From assembly GCA_053919585.1 (NCBI GenBank), contig CM132792.1: a stretch of 64,000 nt of DNA; one strand, 5' to 3'. The notes below the pieces were generated by a model that searched no databases, was not told the origin of the DNA, and was given only the letters and a program-made list of their open reading frames with translations. The first letter of the stretch is position 1. Each line of letters begins with the position of its first letter. Positions 24,065-38,629 of this stretch are shown here, one piece after another. Origin of the DNA: Euprymna scolopes (taxonomy: Eukaryota). The position numbers and the translations under genes were made by a program.

Positions 24065-25470
24065 TTTTGTATATCGATTGATAATTCAATCGATTAATTT
24101 GATCACATGATCGATGATATCTTTGATATCATGTGTATATATTTTCTATTGTTCAATTTGTTTAATGTTATTTATTGATTTTAATTTTTTTCATTAGTGA
24201 TTTTAAAAAAGTATGACTCTCAGGAATCTCGGATAACGAAAGATAAACAGCTAAGCAAGCATACATCATATGCAAAAATTTTACCAACGATCAAACATCA
24301 TTTTTAGAGTATTGATTTATTTAACGAGCAGTTTTAACAAGTTTGTTGTTACAATAATAATAAACATAATCGGGTGTGTGTGTGTGTGTTAATTTAAAAC
24401 GAAACGAAACCACCGACTATACATTAAACGTACAGAAACGGTAGATACATACGAAAGAAACACTTTATAAATTAGTTTCTCGTTATTTTGTTTATTAATT
24501 ATTGAATTTCTTTTTTTAATAATTCTGTAAAATAAATTTTATTTCAATAAAATGTTTCATGTAACGTTAAATTTGTTTGTTTATTTATTGCAAAATGTAA
24601 GTTTCATCCGACAAGGCCGGATTAAGCTTACAGAGAGACATTTTTTTGTTTTCTGTCCTCGATGTTTTCACATGCGACAAATGTAAAATTTCCTGTGATT
24701 TTGAACTTTCTTGATTGAAGCAATTTCGTTCCGGTTCATTTAACTTTCCCATTTTTTCGTTTCAACAATGTTAAATTATTTTTATTCTTGATTATTAACT
24801 CTTTCGGAACACTTATCTATGGGCAGTTTTTATCCAACTTCAATTTTATTTATATACACTTTTTCTTATCACTTGAAATTTGGTGCATGTTGCCAGTGTG
24901 AGTGAGAAATGTTCAAACATTGCGCTCTACAATATAAGCACAAATTTTATAACCTAATTCTAAACCTACCCTGTACCTTACTCTAAATTGCAGTCGTGGT
25001 TAGTGGTAAAAAATTGTTAACTACCCCAAAATGCAAGAATGGCATTTACATTGAATTCAGACTAAAATGACTCCAGTCAAGAAAGTTCAAAACGGTCAGA
25101 TTCATTATGTAGCCTGAATCAAAATAAGAGGTCATTTAAGGAGACTGTGATATTTTGGTCACAGCTCGTTAAATAAGTCGCTATGATAAATAGAGATAAA
25201 AGATACCTTTGTAAACAGTACAATCCCCACGGTGAACCCTAAGTACTGGGTGGGAAAGAGCAACTTCTTATTTAAATAATTTAAGTCATTTAAATAAGCA
25301 AGTTGCTCTGCCCCACCCTGTATAATGTTAACCAAGGTAAACATCAAAACAACCAATGTCATTCATTGTTGGATCAAAATTTGTTATATATATATAACGT
25401 AATAATCAGTAATAAATATATAATTTCTCATATTTAATATTGATAATTATGTTTAGATAGGAAAAGGCTG

Positions 25471-25843
25471 TAGGCACCGCCAAAACTGTGGGGGCAGGTC
25501 AGTACTTTTTGACGGACCGTCTTTTTAAAAATCTACCAAAAATCAGATAATTATCCGATCAATACGAAATTTTCAGCGATTATTAGGAGAAGAATGAACT
25601 TTATAACAGTGTACTTATTTTTCATAAACGATATTTATATATATATTTTTTTTTTTGCTTACAACCCCCCCCCCCCTTGTTTTGAAGTGGGAACAAATAT
25701 GCTTAAAATAATCATCTGAAAATTCAGGGTTTTATCTTTCTAGAAAAAAAAATGTTACTCAGAAATAATGGAGTTTAATAAATGTAATTTCGTTTTAAAA
25801 AACAACAACAACTTGATTTTTCGGCCATTTTTGGCGGTGCCTA
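25471..25843. mobile_element. Internally deleted copy of the TIR element (373 bp)
   Basis: Same TIRs and flanks; ~980 bp removed at atcatctgaa|aattcaggg. Confidence 0.8.
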
Positions 25844-26589
25844 GGCTAATGTATTAAAGGCTAAATAAAATATTTACTTGGAAATGGTTGATGGATAAAA
25901 AAATAGATTTTAGAAAAATAAATCTGATTTCATGATGTCATCCATTTGCAAGTAAATATATCTACTAAAAAAAGCACTTTAATTAATAATAAATATATAA
26001 TTTCTCATATTTAAGAGAAAAAATTGTGGAGACCATAAAATGGCTTCTGTTCAAGTATATGTGTGTGCATCATGTCAAATCAAGTTGAAAGGAGGAAAGA
26101 AAATCAAGATGGCAGCGCCCACAACTTTTATAACTAGCGATATCACAAACTGACTCAAAATCCCACTGCTCGACTGCATAAAATTAGGCTTCATAGAGAA
26201 CGCAGACTGACGGTTGTATGAGAATCCTTGGAGAATGTTGTTACTGAGTCACTTTGTTTTCTTGCTTTTTTTTTGCTTGTTTTTTTTTTTTTTGTACTTT
26301 CGTTTTTGTTGTACAAGCTATTTTTGGCAAATTTTATGGACAAATATGACATGAGTTGATTCCTGAATTCGAAAGATTCCTTGCTGATCCCTCCGCTATT
26401 GAATGGTTTGAAAAAGCTAAACGTGTTACCAGGCTGTTCAACTTATAAGAACCCATACCCAAAAGAGTCTCTCATCCAAATGCAGTTCACAAAAGGAGTC
26501 TACACGATGTACAACCAACTCGGGAATGACATACATTATACAACGGGAGATGTGAAAATTGGTGGAAGAAGTGTGTGGGGTGGGGCTTA

Positions 26590-27598
26590 GGTTGCAGAGT
26601 ATAAGGTGCCTGATAGCATCAGAGAAAAGTATGAGAAAAAAATACTGGGGCCTCCTGATTCCTTTAATGGCGGTTGTCCAGTGCTGGACTACTATGAATT
26701 AAATGGCTCCATGGAAGCGTTCACTGTCAACGTAGAAGTGTGCGCACAAACGCTAAGACAATGATGGTGATAAGGAGAGGATGTGTCACTTCTGAATTTT
26801 TGAAAGGCTTTTGTCTCTGTTGCGTCTGCACTAACATTTTTTGGACTTCAGTTTAGTATGCAAGGATCCGGTGTGACTAAAAGATGGAGCAGGAGTTCTG
26901 GGCTTGCAGGTCTGGAAAGAAAACAACATCCTCCAACAGAAACAAGGAAATCAGATTCCGGAAATTCCCGGTGTGCTGACATGTCGGTGTGTGTTTTCCC
27001 TGTGTGGGAAACTTGTTTGTCATTTTTCTGTGTGTGGATGGTCACAGTCAAGCGCCTGACGACTGCAGCAACCAAGGGATGGGAGGATGACATCAAACAC
27101 CCCGATTTCTGTCACATATTATTGGAGATGCTGAGCAGGGTACAAGAGCAGGACCCTGTTAAAGGAGACTGGAGCAGGAGCGGCAACAAGATTACAGTCT
27201 GGCTACATGTGAGTTCCATAGCTACAGGAATGGCATAGAAGGCAAGTGGTAATGTCATCGAAGTACAAGGTTGGCTGTGTCTGACCAATGATTCTAGGCA
27301 TATAAATTAAGCTGAGCTTGACGTGATGCTCAGAGTGGGAGGAGCAACTGAGCCCTCGAATTGGTCAATCATTTGGTGTGTATGCAACGGTGGATTTCTG
27401 ACACCCTGTCCAGGAAGGCATGGGTAAATACAAAGGCTGCTTGTGAGATGCTGGTTAGGCAACACTTATGAACCATGCAATCTAGTAAAAGAGTATGAAT
27501 TGACCATGGTTGAATTGACCACGTGTGAATTGACCATGGATGTGATGGATGTAAGAAGATCTTTTCACCAGATTACTGCTAAAGGAAGGAGGATCCAC
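26590..27598 (+). mobile_element. Gypsy-type pol remnant, family B, integrase part deleted
   Basis: Paralogous to 13336-14215; same ggatccacgtcac deletion junction as at ~378. Confidence 0.72.
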
Positions 27599-27762
27599 GT
27601 CACTTTAAAATTTTTATGACCAGCGATGCAATTGCAATCATCATTTGATGATAAAAGCGAATCAGATTCTGAGACAGTGAGCTATCACTTTGGTTTAAGC
27701 CAGCTCCATCAGAAAGTGAGTTAGATATTTGCAGCCTCCTGGGACAGTCGGGACTCCCTGCT

Positions 27763-27848
<86 letters not shown>

Positions 27849-28106
27849 TATATCTTATCTACCTCCTTGCCAGAAGACTAGACACAAGATCAGTTGTGTT
27901 TTTGAGAAGTGCACTAGGATAAGCGTACTCTGGCCTACAAAAAGTGAATGAGTTGCCCCATTGCTTAGCAATAGAGTAAGCCTTTCTCAAAGAGATGCAA
28001 AGCCTGAGAGATTAAACTTTCTAAGACTAAACAGAGCCAGACCTCAGTCAGACAACAACAAGACTGTTGTAACACTGATTTATATGTTAAATCTATTATA
28101 CAGCAT

Positions 28107-28164
<58 letters not shown>

Positions 28165-28831
28165 TATACATGCATGTTTTCTTGCCTTATAATACAATGT
28201 TGGGAAGAAGAAAGAATTCCAAATAGATGCGTAATTTCTTATTTTTTCTTGAACCCAGATTCACCTGGGTTAGTTAAACTGGTTCCTTCAAATGCATTTA
28301 CTGCATCTTACACAAAAGCTGACCAAGGTTGGCAATCCATTGTTGGCAATAATTTTTTAACACTTTCAACAGCCTGTCACAGTTCCAATGGCGAATACCA
28401 TAGATTGACAAACTTGGAATCAGTTCAGTATCTTGTTGAACTGTTCTAAGCCACTTTTTAAGCTGGCTGCTGCATCATTCATCAAACCTTAAGGAGGAAC
28501 CGGTTGATGGCTTCTCTAATGGAGGCTTCTCTTGCTGAAAGTGGTGGGTGTGACCAGCTCAATGAAGGTGATTATGTGGCACTACGTTCAGACTGACATC
28601 AGTCAGTCAGGACACACACAGGATGCGACACACACAGCAATGACGTGTGATGCAAGCATCATCACTGCGTACAAGAATAAGTGTTACCATGGTGACTGCA
28701 ATAACTACTGTGGAATTTTTCTCCTTAGTTTTATTGGAAAAATCTTTGGTTGAATCGTCCCCAACAGCCTGCAGTTGCTTACAGAGCATGTATATGTGAG
28801 TAACAATATGAGCTTATAACAAGAAGATCAA

Positions 28832-29640
28832 CTGTCGACATTACTTTTCTTTTGCGCATGAGAATTCCAGGACAAAATGTTACAAACAGAGGCAATTGCT
28901 GTACTTCACCTACACATTCAACAAATCAGAGGATGGAGTGAATCTCCATACCAGAGACAGTGGTAGAATTTTAAACCTTGGCCACATTTTAACTAAGACT
29001 AAAATGCATGACGTAAAATATATGTGAGATGCTTTTTGCTGATGATGCACCACTGATGAGACACTCTGCAGAATCATTGCAGTGACTCATCCATTGCTTC
29101 GTGCATGCATGTAAAAGACTAACATCCTTGACCAATATGTATGCATTAACCAAAACACCAATATTGAGGCTGTCCAAAAATGTACATACATCGGCTCCAA
29201 TGTATCCAGGAATATCTTTCTTGATGAAGAAATCACCAAATATATCAGCAAATTAGCAACAAATATGGCTAGCTTGATTAAGAGTGTCTCAAACAACAAT
29301 ATGCAAATCAACAATACTTAGCAAACAGCTCTAGCAGGACAGCATCTCAAAGAAAATCATCTTTGATCAGGCAAATAACCCGTCCATGTTTGCTCTGCTT
29401 ACCTAACAACGACTTTGGCAGCTTTGCTGTGCCAGGCAAAAAAATACTGAGAAGAGCCGAAAGGATCTTCTTTATAGTGAGATCATATTAGATCAGTAGG
29501 AAATCATGTCATACGCTATAAGGATGTTTGTAAGCAAGACACAAGGGTAGTTGGCATCGACCCAGCAGGCTGGGAGTTTGCAGCTGCTGAAGAAGAGCTG
29601 TAAAGACACGTTCCAAGAGGAGTGAAAAGAGGAGAGACCA
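28832..29640 (+). mobile_element. RTE-clade LINE remnant, internally deleted (unit 3)
   Basis: Same cttcacctacacattc deletion junction as unit 1; LFADD motif. Confidence 0.78.
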
Positions 29641-31799
29641 GCAGAGGAGAGAGAACACATATTGCACAGATTGCAACTCTTACATCTGTGGCGTCTGTTA
29701 CTCAGCCTGTCAATCCAAGATAGGCTTGCACGTTTCAGAAGATGCTGCAATTCACCAATGGACCAATCTGAGGTGCAGAACACCATTGTCTTCTGAAACA
29801 GATGGATGCAAACAAAAATGCTCAATGACGTTCTGTCATATCCGTCCATCAAGACAAGGTTGGGAATATGGACATAACCTAATCAACTGAGAAAAAAGTG
29901 GATGTTACTAATTCAGTTCGATTTAGAGATGAGTCTAAAAAAATGTGATTAAAACAAGAAATAACGATGCAGAAGAGCAACAGATTCAACTCATTTATTT
30001 ACATATTAAATTATATTCCTCACATGTTGAACTTGATATTAATTATACTCATTAAAGATGTGGGGGGTGTTGAAGTCTTTGCTGACAATTCATATATTTC
30101 CCATTTCCAAAACTATATAATGTGTAATGCTGCTTTGTGGTAGATATTAATATTATGTGGATAGTGCAGCATCAGTAGGATTGAGAAATAGAAAATCTAC
30201 AAAGCAAAAAATCAAAATCTGAATAAGACAGCAAAAAACAAAACAACAAAAAAACGATAATTAGTTAAACAATGGAATATATTTGTTTCTTTGTGTTTTT
30301 ACTATGTTCTTTGCCCCATAGATAAATTTATCATTTCTTTAAAAATGGTATTGCCTATGCAAACATGAATGTACTGTACACCCGAAACAATATTATACAT
30401 AGCAAATTTTTTAATATATGCGATTTCTTCTTAAATACAAGCTCACTGATGTGTTTGCTGTTTGTGATATGCAATTTTCGTAGAACAGTTTTTGAAGTTT
30501 CAACCTTGGTCCTATCATCGCATTTGTTATGACGTGGGACCAGATCAACGTTGAGTGTCATCACTGCTACTACAGTGAACATTTAAAACGGCAGTTGTTG
30601 CCAGTGTTACGATATAAATGAAACTAGGTTTTTCTAATTCCTCAACGTAAACAAAATATTAAAAAAGGTATTAAAATCAGCATTAAAATGAAGTCGAATA
30701 TAAAAATTAACAATATTGGTTTTTATTTAATATAGCAAGGAATAATGAATCATGCTTTTATTGTTGACGTATTTTAATGTGTGTGCCGACGCAACACACA
30801 AGCAAGAAAATAATAAATGGATTAAAAGTCCAATGTTCCTGAAAATGTGGAAATGTTCTTAAAAGGAAGAGTCCTGACAATAAAGTAATGTTTGTAACTG
30901 TTGTACATAGTCGCTGGGACTATATATATATTTTTAAAACAGCCTGATAAGGTTTAGATTAAAATATGCAGTAAAGAACAAGAGAGAGAAATCTTTCTCT
31001 GACTGAGGCAGAATGTCATTTTTGCAGAATACATGTTTCTTTCTTTTTTTTTAGTTAAAGGAAGATAAAGTTTATTATTTTAATCAGTTCCATGAATATA
31101 TCTGATACAATGCAGAGTTATATATTTTCTTTTGGTAATTAATCCAGGTAGATTTACGGGTTCCAGGTGTAAGATGCACAAAATCATAATAATGGTTTTA
31201 ACGTCGGGAGACAGAACAAGGGTTGTGTGCTTGTTAACACTTCAACGGAAATCTGACTCGACTGGCTGGGTTTCATGTGCAGTGCCTTTTTTTATAGGTG
31301 CAGACTGGCTCCAGCGAAAAATCTTAGAAAAATCTTTTTGAAATTTGCTTTCTTTGAATGCCGATTGGATGAAAAGCCAACACCTCTGTCACATGGGATG
31401 CTTTCAACTATGTCGGTGTGAAAAGACAATGTTTGTTTTTATGCCCACAGAATTTGTTTGGGTGTAGAAAACAGATGCACACACAAGAATGCTCCTTGTT
31501 CAGCCACGTTTAATGTTTGTGGTGAGTCGCTACAGTACCCTCCTTTTATTGTTGACGTATTTTAATGTGTGTGCCGACGCAACACACAAGCAAGAAAATA
31601 ATAAATGGGTTTCATGTGCAGTGCCTTTTTTTATAGGTGCAGACTGGCTCCAGCGAAAAATGTTAGAAAAATCTTTTGGAAATTTGCTTTCTTTGAATGC
31701 CGATTGGATGAAAAGCCAACGCCTCTGTCACATGGGATGCACACACAAGAACGCTCCTTGTCCAGCCACGTTTAATGTTTGTGGTGAGTCGCTACAGTA

Positions 31800-32860
31800 C
31801 CCCACTATTAGACAGAATGTCGATAGGAAAGCAAAAACTGTTACGTAGTATAGTTAGTGAATCAGTGAGGACACTTGATATGTCTGCCTGACCTGGTAGA
31901 CTGTGTTGGTTTAGGTGAGTCGCCGCTGCTGAAATAAACTGTATGCGTAGGCTATGTTGGTTTCTGACTTGTGGTATCACCATGAGCATGTGTAAGGTGT
32001 CTGAAGACTACCGTGCACTCCGTCATTCCAGATGAATACATGAGTCCATGTGTTAATATTCTGGGGAACATGATTAGTGACATTTTTGTGGGCTGGCTTT
32101 AATATTCAGAAGTTTCGACATTTATTCCTTCATGCGAGAGGTGTAGCTCATTGGGTATGGCATGTGCTGCGGTGTAGCTGGTGTGTCCATCTCTCTGGGT
32201 AAGGTCAGTGAGGTTCCGTAAACCATTTCGTCGGAAGACAAGCTGATGTCCATTTTAACAATGGATTGAATACCGAGAAGCACAAAAGGCAGGCATTCTA
32301 TCCATCTGATGGGGTCAGAGTATGCTTTAAGAGATGCCTTTAACTGTCGAGGCAACGCGCTTAATCATGCCGTTTGCTGTTGGGTGATAAGACATAGTGC
32401 ATATGTGTCTGCATCCAAGCAGGCGGGACAGCTCGAAAAAAAGATGTGAGTCAAATTGTCAGTTGTAATAGTATTAGGTATGCCATAACGGGATATCCAA
32501 TGTATAATGAGTGCTTTGGCGATAGTTTTAGCAGAAATATCTCTAATCGGGAATGGCTTCAGGCCATCTCGAATACCTGGTGGGAGTGGAGCCATTATGT
32601 CTATGTGGATATGCTGAAAACGAGCCTTGGGGGTTAAAAACGCTGCAGGAGGACTCTAGATGTGCCGTTGAATCTTGGACTTCTGGCAAGGAAGACAACC
32701 CCGTGTCCATTCTCATATATCTCTATTGATGGCAGTCCATACAAAACGTGACGTCACCAATTTCTGAGTCAAATGGACGCCAGGATGTGATAGACTCTGC
32801 AGCTTTGTAAACACAACTCGCCTATGCTTGAGGGGCACATATGGACGCTCATGACCATAT
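31800..32860 (-). mobile_element. Gypsy integrase remnant, family A (unit 3)
   Basis: PIRDISAKTIAKALIIHWISRYGIPNTITTD and RQLKASL fragments. Confidence 0.85.
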
Positions 32861-33623
32861 TACTTCATTGGAGAAAAGTAAAGAAAATTGCTTGAACGTA
32901 AGGTTTAGCGATCCTGTTGCAGTTTCAAATCACCACCTCCATTTATAATTCTTTCCCCAACCCCTTTTCATCATCGATTTCGCTACACATGTCGGAATTC
33001 AAATATATCAAACAAAACGCGAATAATTCAGGCAATTGACTTTTTTCTTTTTAGACGACTGATACTACCAGTCACGTCCACCGAATCTACCAGCCAAAGT
33101 ATTTCCAGCAGTGGCAGCCGTCTTAGCAGCAGGTCAAACATCTCTTATGAGGTCTAAACAACCAGCCCTTATCAAGGCTAATAAGTTTTTCACTAATGCG
33201 ATTCACTACTGCTTGCCTTCTGAGACCCACCAGCAGCAAACTTCACTTTCACCTCTGGCCTGCAACCTCGCTCCTCTGATCTGCAACCTCACATGCACCT
33301 TGCTCTTTTGCTCTGCAACCTCGCCTGCACCTGGGTCCCTACTGACCATTCGTTACTTAACACTGACCTCTACATTCTCAGTGTTGTCCGTTCCTTATCA
33401 CTGACCCCACGTCCTCACTGTCGTCCATTCCTTAACACTGACCCAACATTCTCAGTGTCCACTGACCGTTCCAGATCGCCCTGAGGGCCAGCCAATCGTC
33501 CAGACCCAGCGAGAAACACTAAACCACGCTATGTCTAGAGTACCTGCTCCAGCCCTCCAGACTAAGCCTCCGGTAACATGCGACCTTCCGAACAACTAGC
33601 ATCCAGATCATACAATTTTTCGC

Positions 33624-33832
33624 TTTTTCTTTTTTTTCTTTTTTTTACATAGGCATTACCACTTATCAAGACAAAGAGGCCACTCGAGGATAACGGTTAA
33701 AAAGTGTACAGTAGAAATTGGACAATATAGTAATCGTTAGTAAATGGAAATTCGGTAAATTTTTTAACAAGTGAAACGGCTAATCATGAACTTGTTTACG
33801 TTAGACTTGAAGACAATCATATTGTAGTCAGC
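33624..33832 (-). mobile_element. CR1-like LINE 3' fragment (unit 3)
   Basis: Paralogous to 5911-6110. Confidence 0.75.
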
Positions 33833-33976
33833 TTTCTTTGCAAATAAAAGGCGAACCTTCACCTTTAACCAAACAACCTGTGTCGGTCATTCTTCTTGCC
33901 TTTTTGCTGTTTACTTTTGCCCGTGTCTTTGCATCCTATTGATTTCGCTCGAACTCCTTAAGCGCCGAGCTATTTG

Positions 33977-34064
<88 letters not shown>

Positions 34065-36235
34065 CACTAGTATTATCTTCCAATAATTAACTTATAGTTT
34101 AATTGAGTTTATCTCTATTTTTATCACAAGTATTTTTATATCTTTCAATTGGATCGAGTTTATAGATTTGAAAATTGCAAAATTCTTTATTTTTACTTAA
34201 ATTTTACTTGAATTGTGAATCATTAATTAGTTTAAATTTAAATCGTTTAATATCGTTTAATATATATAATTTAGCCTTTTCATCGAATTAGTAACTAAAA
34301 TAATATTTTGAATTATGATGCGCGATGAATTACTTCCCTTTAACCGTTTCTTTAAGTTATTTTAAATAATTTAACTCCACATTTTTTTTTTTTTTAAATG
34401 GCGAAGTCGGTATTTCATGTTTTCAGCGTTAAAGTACTGACATAAAATAAAAAGAATAATTTTTTTGTCACTTGATAATGATGTATATATCGGCAAAATT
34501 ATGGATTGAAATCAAATATTAATAATAAATAATATTACATTATATATTATATTCACACATAATCGGGCCAGAAAGCTTCAACTTGCATAAGGCCTGGAGG
34601 TGGAATCAGCTGAGTTTGAGTGAGGGTTAATCAACAAATTTATCGAATATGTAATACATGTTTTAATCGTTTAACCTTAGCTTAAAATGACAAGAAAAGT
34701 TGATCGATCGATGCCTCCGTTCAGTCTCAAGAGACAATGGACACCCCTATAAGGTAGCTGCACATGGAATTGGGAGGCAAGGGCTACGCAATCTCAAGAG
34801 TGACGGGAACAATGGCGAGATAAGCGAAGAACACACACAGCATCTGGAAATGCTAAATGGTCAATCACAATTATGAAACGGATTTGAATCAAAATTGATA
34901 TAAGGATTCTAGACGTAAATGTTCAGTTGCATTATATAATCATTTTTTATCTTCGTAAGGGACCATACATAACTTGACATCACGGAATAAAAACAGAGCC
35001 GATCCAAGACAGCAGACCGAGTAAATACACGGGCTCAATATCACTCCAGATAGATTTTTATAAACAAAATTGGATTATCTTAAAACTTTACTTCAATTTC
35101 AAAGTCGAATATCATGGATGAAAAAAGTCACGTTTAAAACATTTTCAATCCACGTAACGTAAAAACCACTCCACGAGCTGACGCTAAATAAATTGAATAA
35201 TAATTTTTTTTAAAAAAAGCGTTATAATTCAATTCTGGTTTGTTTGAGCTTACATTTAAATGTATACAGACGTGTGGAATGAAATACAAATCTGACGTTC
35301 GGATCAACTGTGAAACTGCAGCAAAGCTAAGAAGCATTTAATCTTTAAAAATATTTTAGCAAATTATTAATTTAAAGCCCAACATCTATTCTGTTACTGT
35401 TCTCGGCCAAAGAAGGAAATATTCTTCTAGATTAAGAAATTTAGTCCCTTTTTCTAAGTTGAATTTTTCCCTACAATAAAACACATTCTATGTTTAACTG
35501 CTTTGATCGCAAGGCAAGTATATACTACTATGCAAGCATTCGATTTTTTCGACGGATTTTGTTTAATATGTATTGATTGTAAATTTTGGAAATAAGTTAT
35601 ATTTTTTGATTAATCATGCGTTTTTTAAAGCTTTCTTCCCCCCCTTTTTTTTTTTAATTTCTTTGTCTCTCTTTATCCACGCCCTCTCTCTCTCTCTCTC
35701 TCTTTCTCATATTCCTATCTCTACCTTCTCCTCTCTCGTCCCTCTCTTGCTTTCTGTTCCTTTTCCCTCTTTCTCTTTTTTTTGCTCGCGCTATTCGTTT
35801 TAACTCTAATTCCTTCATCCTCCTCTTCCTCACCACTCTCCTTCTACTCCTCTCTCTCTCTTTCTCTTTCTCTTTTTTTTCTTTCTCCTCCTCCTCATTC
35901 TCATATCATAAAACCTGTTTCCTCTTCTCAATTTTCTCCTTTCTCCCCCTCCTCCTACTTTCTCTCTTCACTTCTCTCTCACTCTCTTGACCACTCTCTT
36001 TGTTAATTATTTACGGCATTTGCGTCCTCCCACTATTTCTCTTATCATTAGCTGTTTTTATTCGAGACGCCAAGTCATTTTCTGTTTGAGACGCTACTCA
36101 AAAGATACACGCTACCATAACAAGTAAACAAGATCCACAGTGATTAACTTTTATTTTAATTAATAAGTGAGAAACGACCTTTTTGGGGGCTATTCTTTCG
36201 CAAAAAAGTTTAAAAAAAAAAAAAATTATTTCAAA

Positions 36236-37436
36236 ATGGACGCTCCAAAGATCCAGAAAAATAAGGATCAGTTTAGAAAAAAGAAAGATGTTAAAATGAA
36301 CGCTTCACGCGCCCAGAAAAAAAATTGCCGTGTTAAAAAGCCCCTGAATGCTTATTTCGTCTGGTGCAAACAGTTCAGAAAACAAATACGTGAACAAAAT
36401 CCGACCATCACCATTATTGAAGCCAATGCCCTTCTCGGGAAAATATGGAGTGAAATGTCAGCGGAACAGAAAAAACCTTACTTCAAAGAGGCAGAACTTA
36501 TCAAGAAACAACACCAATTAGATTATCCCGATTTCGAGTTTAAGTCGAAACCACGTGTTAAAAACCCCAACAGGTTCCATGCCTACCCCTATCAACAACA
36601 TGTGGTGTATTACATACAAACGCTGCCAAGCAAAGATAGAATGCCTCAGGAATATTTTCATGAATCCACTTTCTTTGAGGTAACAAACAAAGCGGTAACT
36701 CAAGAAAATTCTCCTCGCGTGGTCGGTACAGATGAAAGCATCAGATCCACGTTTTCTGAAATGCCATCCGAGACACGCGAGAATCTTTCCAACAAGAACA
36801 GCGTATGTGTTCCGCTACCAGAGACCGAACTCGACAAGGAGTCACGGGCATTCAGTAATGAACACCTATACAAAAGGCAGTCGAAATTCAATCCCGTAAT
36901 CATTTTCGTCTACTCACTCCAAATCCGAGAGCATTTCTGAAACGCTTCCTCACGCACCTGAGCAAAACGGGGTTTATTTTGATCCTGAATGTTACGGTCA
37001 TGAATGCAATAATAGTAAGTCACAAAATTTTACAGCTTTACCTTTCTCGCAAGCTAAAAATAAACTAATGGAAAAGTTTCAATTCTTAGACGAGAATTCG
37101 CCTATAAATACACCAATATGCAACGCAAATATTTTTCTTGGTGTTGAGAACGATAAAAATACGACGTTTTCTGAAGAAACTCTTGAAGAAGCCCAACATC
37201 TCACTTTTATTGAAGATGACATTATCAATGCAACACCAAATAACGAGGAACATATCAACCAATGCACCGAAATGTTCCCCAACACGAAATCTGATATTTT
37301 GAACGATGACGATTTCGAATCCCTGAATTGCCTGGAAGATTTGGTCTCGACTTTCTGCTTAGGTGAAGATTTCCCATCTACAATGTTTGGGAACGAAGAA
37401 GGTATTAATTTGGAAGACTTTGCAGAACTGCTATGA
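36236..37436 (+). pseudogene. HMG-box gene copy 3, frameshifted by a 38-bp deletion (truncated 234-aa product possible, stop at 36938-36940)
   Basis: Reads gtaatc|attttcg at ~36901 where intact copies have gtaatc-atgacggctggccaagacaacgatagagaggtgatgga-attttcg. Length 1201 vs 1239 nt. The C-terminal part survives as ORF 37068-37436. Confidence 0.9.
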
Positions 37437-38629
37437 TTTTGTATATCGATTGATAATTCAATCGATTAATATGATCACATGATCGATGATATCGTTTGAT
37501 ATCATGTGTATATATTTTCTATTGTTCAATTTGTTTAATGTTATTTATTGATTTTAATTTTTTTCATTAGTGATTTTAAAAAAGTATGACCGTCAGGAAT
37601 CTCGGATAACGAAAGATAAACAGCTAAGCAAGCATACATCATATGCAAAAATTTTACCAACGATCAAACATCATTTTTAAAGTATTGGTTTATTTAACGA
37701 GTAGTTTTAACAAGTTTCTTGTTACAATAATAATAAACATAATCGTGTGTGTGTGTGTGTGTGTTTGTGTGTGTTAATTTAAAACGAAACGAAACCAACG
37801 ACTATACATTAAACGTATATAAAACGTAGATACATACGAAAGAAACACTTTATAAATTAGTTTCTCGTTATTTTGTTTATTAATTATTGAATTTCTTTTT
37901 TTAATAATTCTGTAAAATAAACTTTATTTCAATAAAATGTTTCATGTAACGTTAAATTTGTTTGTTTATTTATTGCAAAATGTAAGTTTCATCCGACAAG
38001 GCCGGATGAAGCTTACAGAGAGACATTTTTTTCGTTTTCTGTCCTCGATGTTTTCACATGCGACAAATGTAAAATTTCTGGTGATTTTGAACTTTCTTGA
38101 TTGAAACAATATCGTTCCGGTTCATTTAACTTTCCCATTTTTTCGTTTCAACAATGTTAAATTATTTTTATTCTTGATTATTAACTTTTTCGGAACACTT
38201 ATCTATGGGCAGTTTTTATCCAACTTCAATTTTATTTATATACACTTTTTCTTATCACTTGAAATTTGGTGCATGTTGCCAGTGTGAGTGAGAAATGTTC
38301 AAACATTGCGCTCTACAATATAAGCACAAATTTTATAACCTAATTCTAAACCTACCTTGTACCTAACTCTAAATTGCAGTCGTGGTTAGTGGTAAAATAT
38401 TGTTAACTACCCCAAAATGCAAGAATGGCATTTATATTGAATTAAGACTAAAATAACTCCAGTCAAGAAAGTTCAAAACGGTCAGATTCATTATGTAGCC
38501 TGAATCAAAATAAGAGGTCATTTAAGGAGACTGTGATATTTTGGTCACAGCTCGTTACATAAGTCGCTATGATAAATAGAGATAAAACATACCTTTGTAA
38601 ACAGTACAATCCCCACGGTGGTCCCTAAG

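Noticed and set aside
31541-31800. Patchwork insert as a reverse-transcribed spliced cDNA
   Set aside because: Skipped segments lack GT-AG ends on either strand; the junctions show microhomology instead.
36167-36235. 23-aa N-terminal extension of copy 3 in the ORF track
   Set aside because: Starts at GTG and depends on the A-tract length; the conserved ATG is at 36236.
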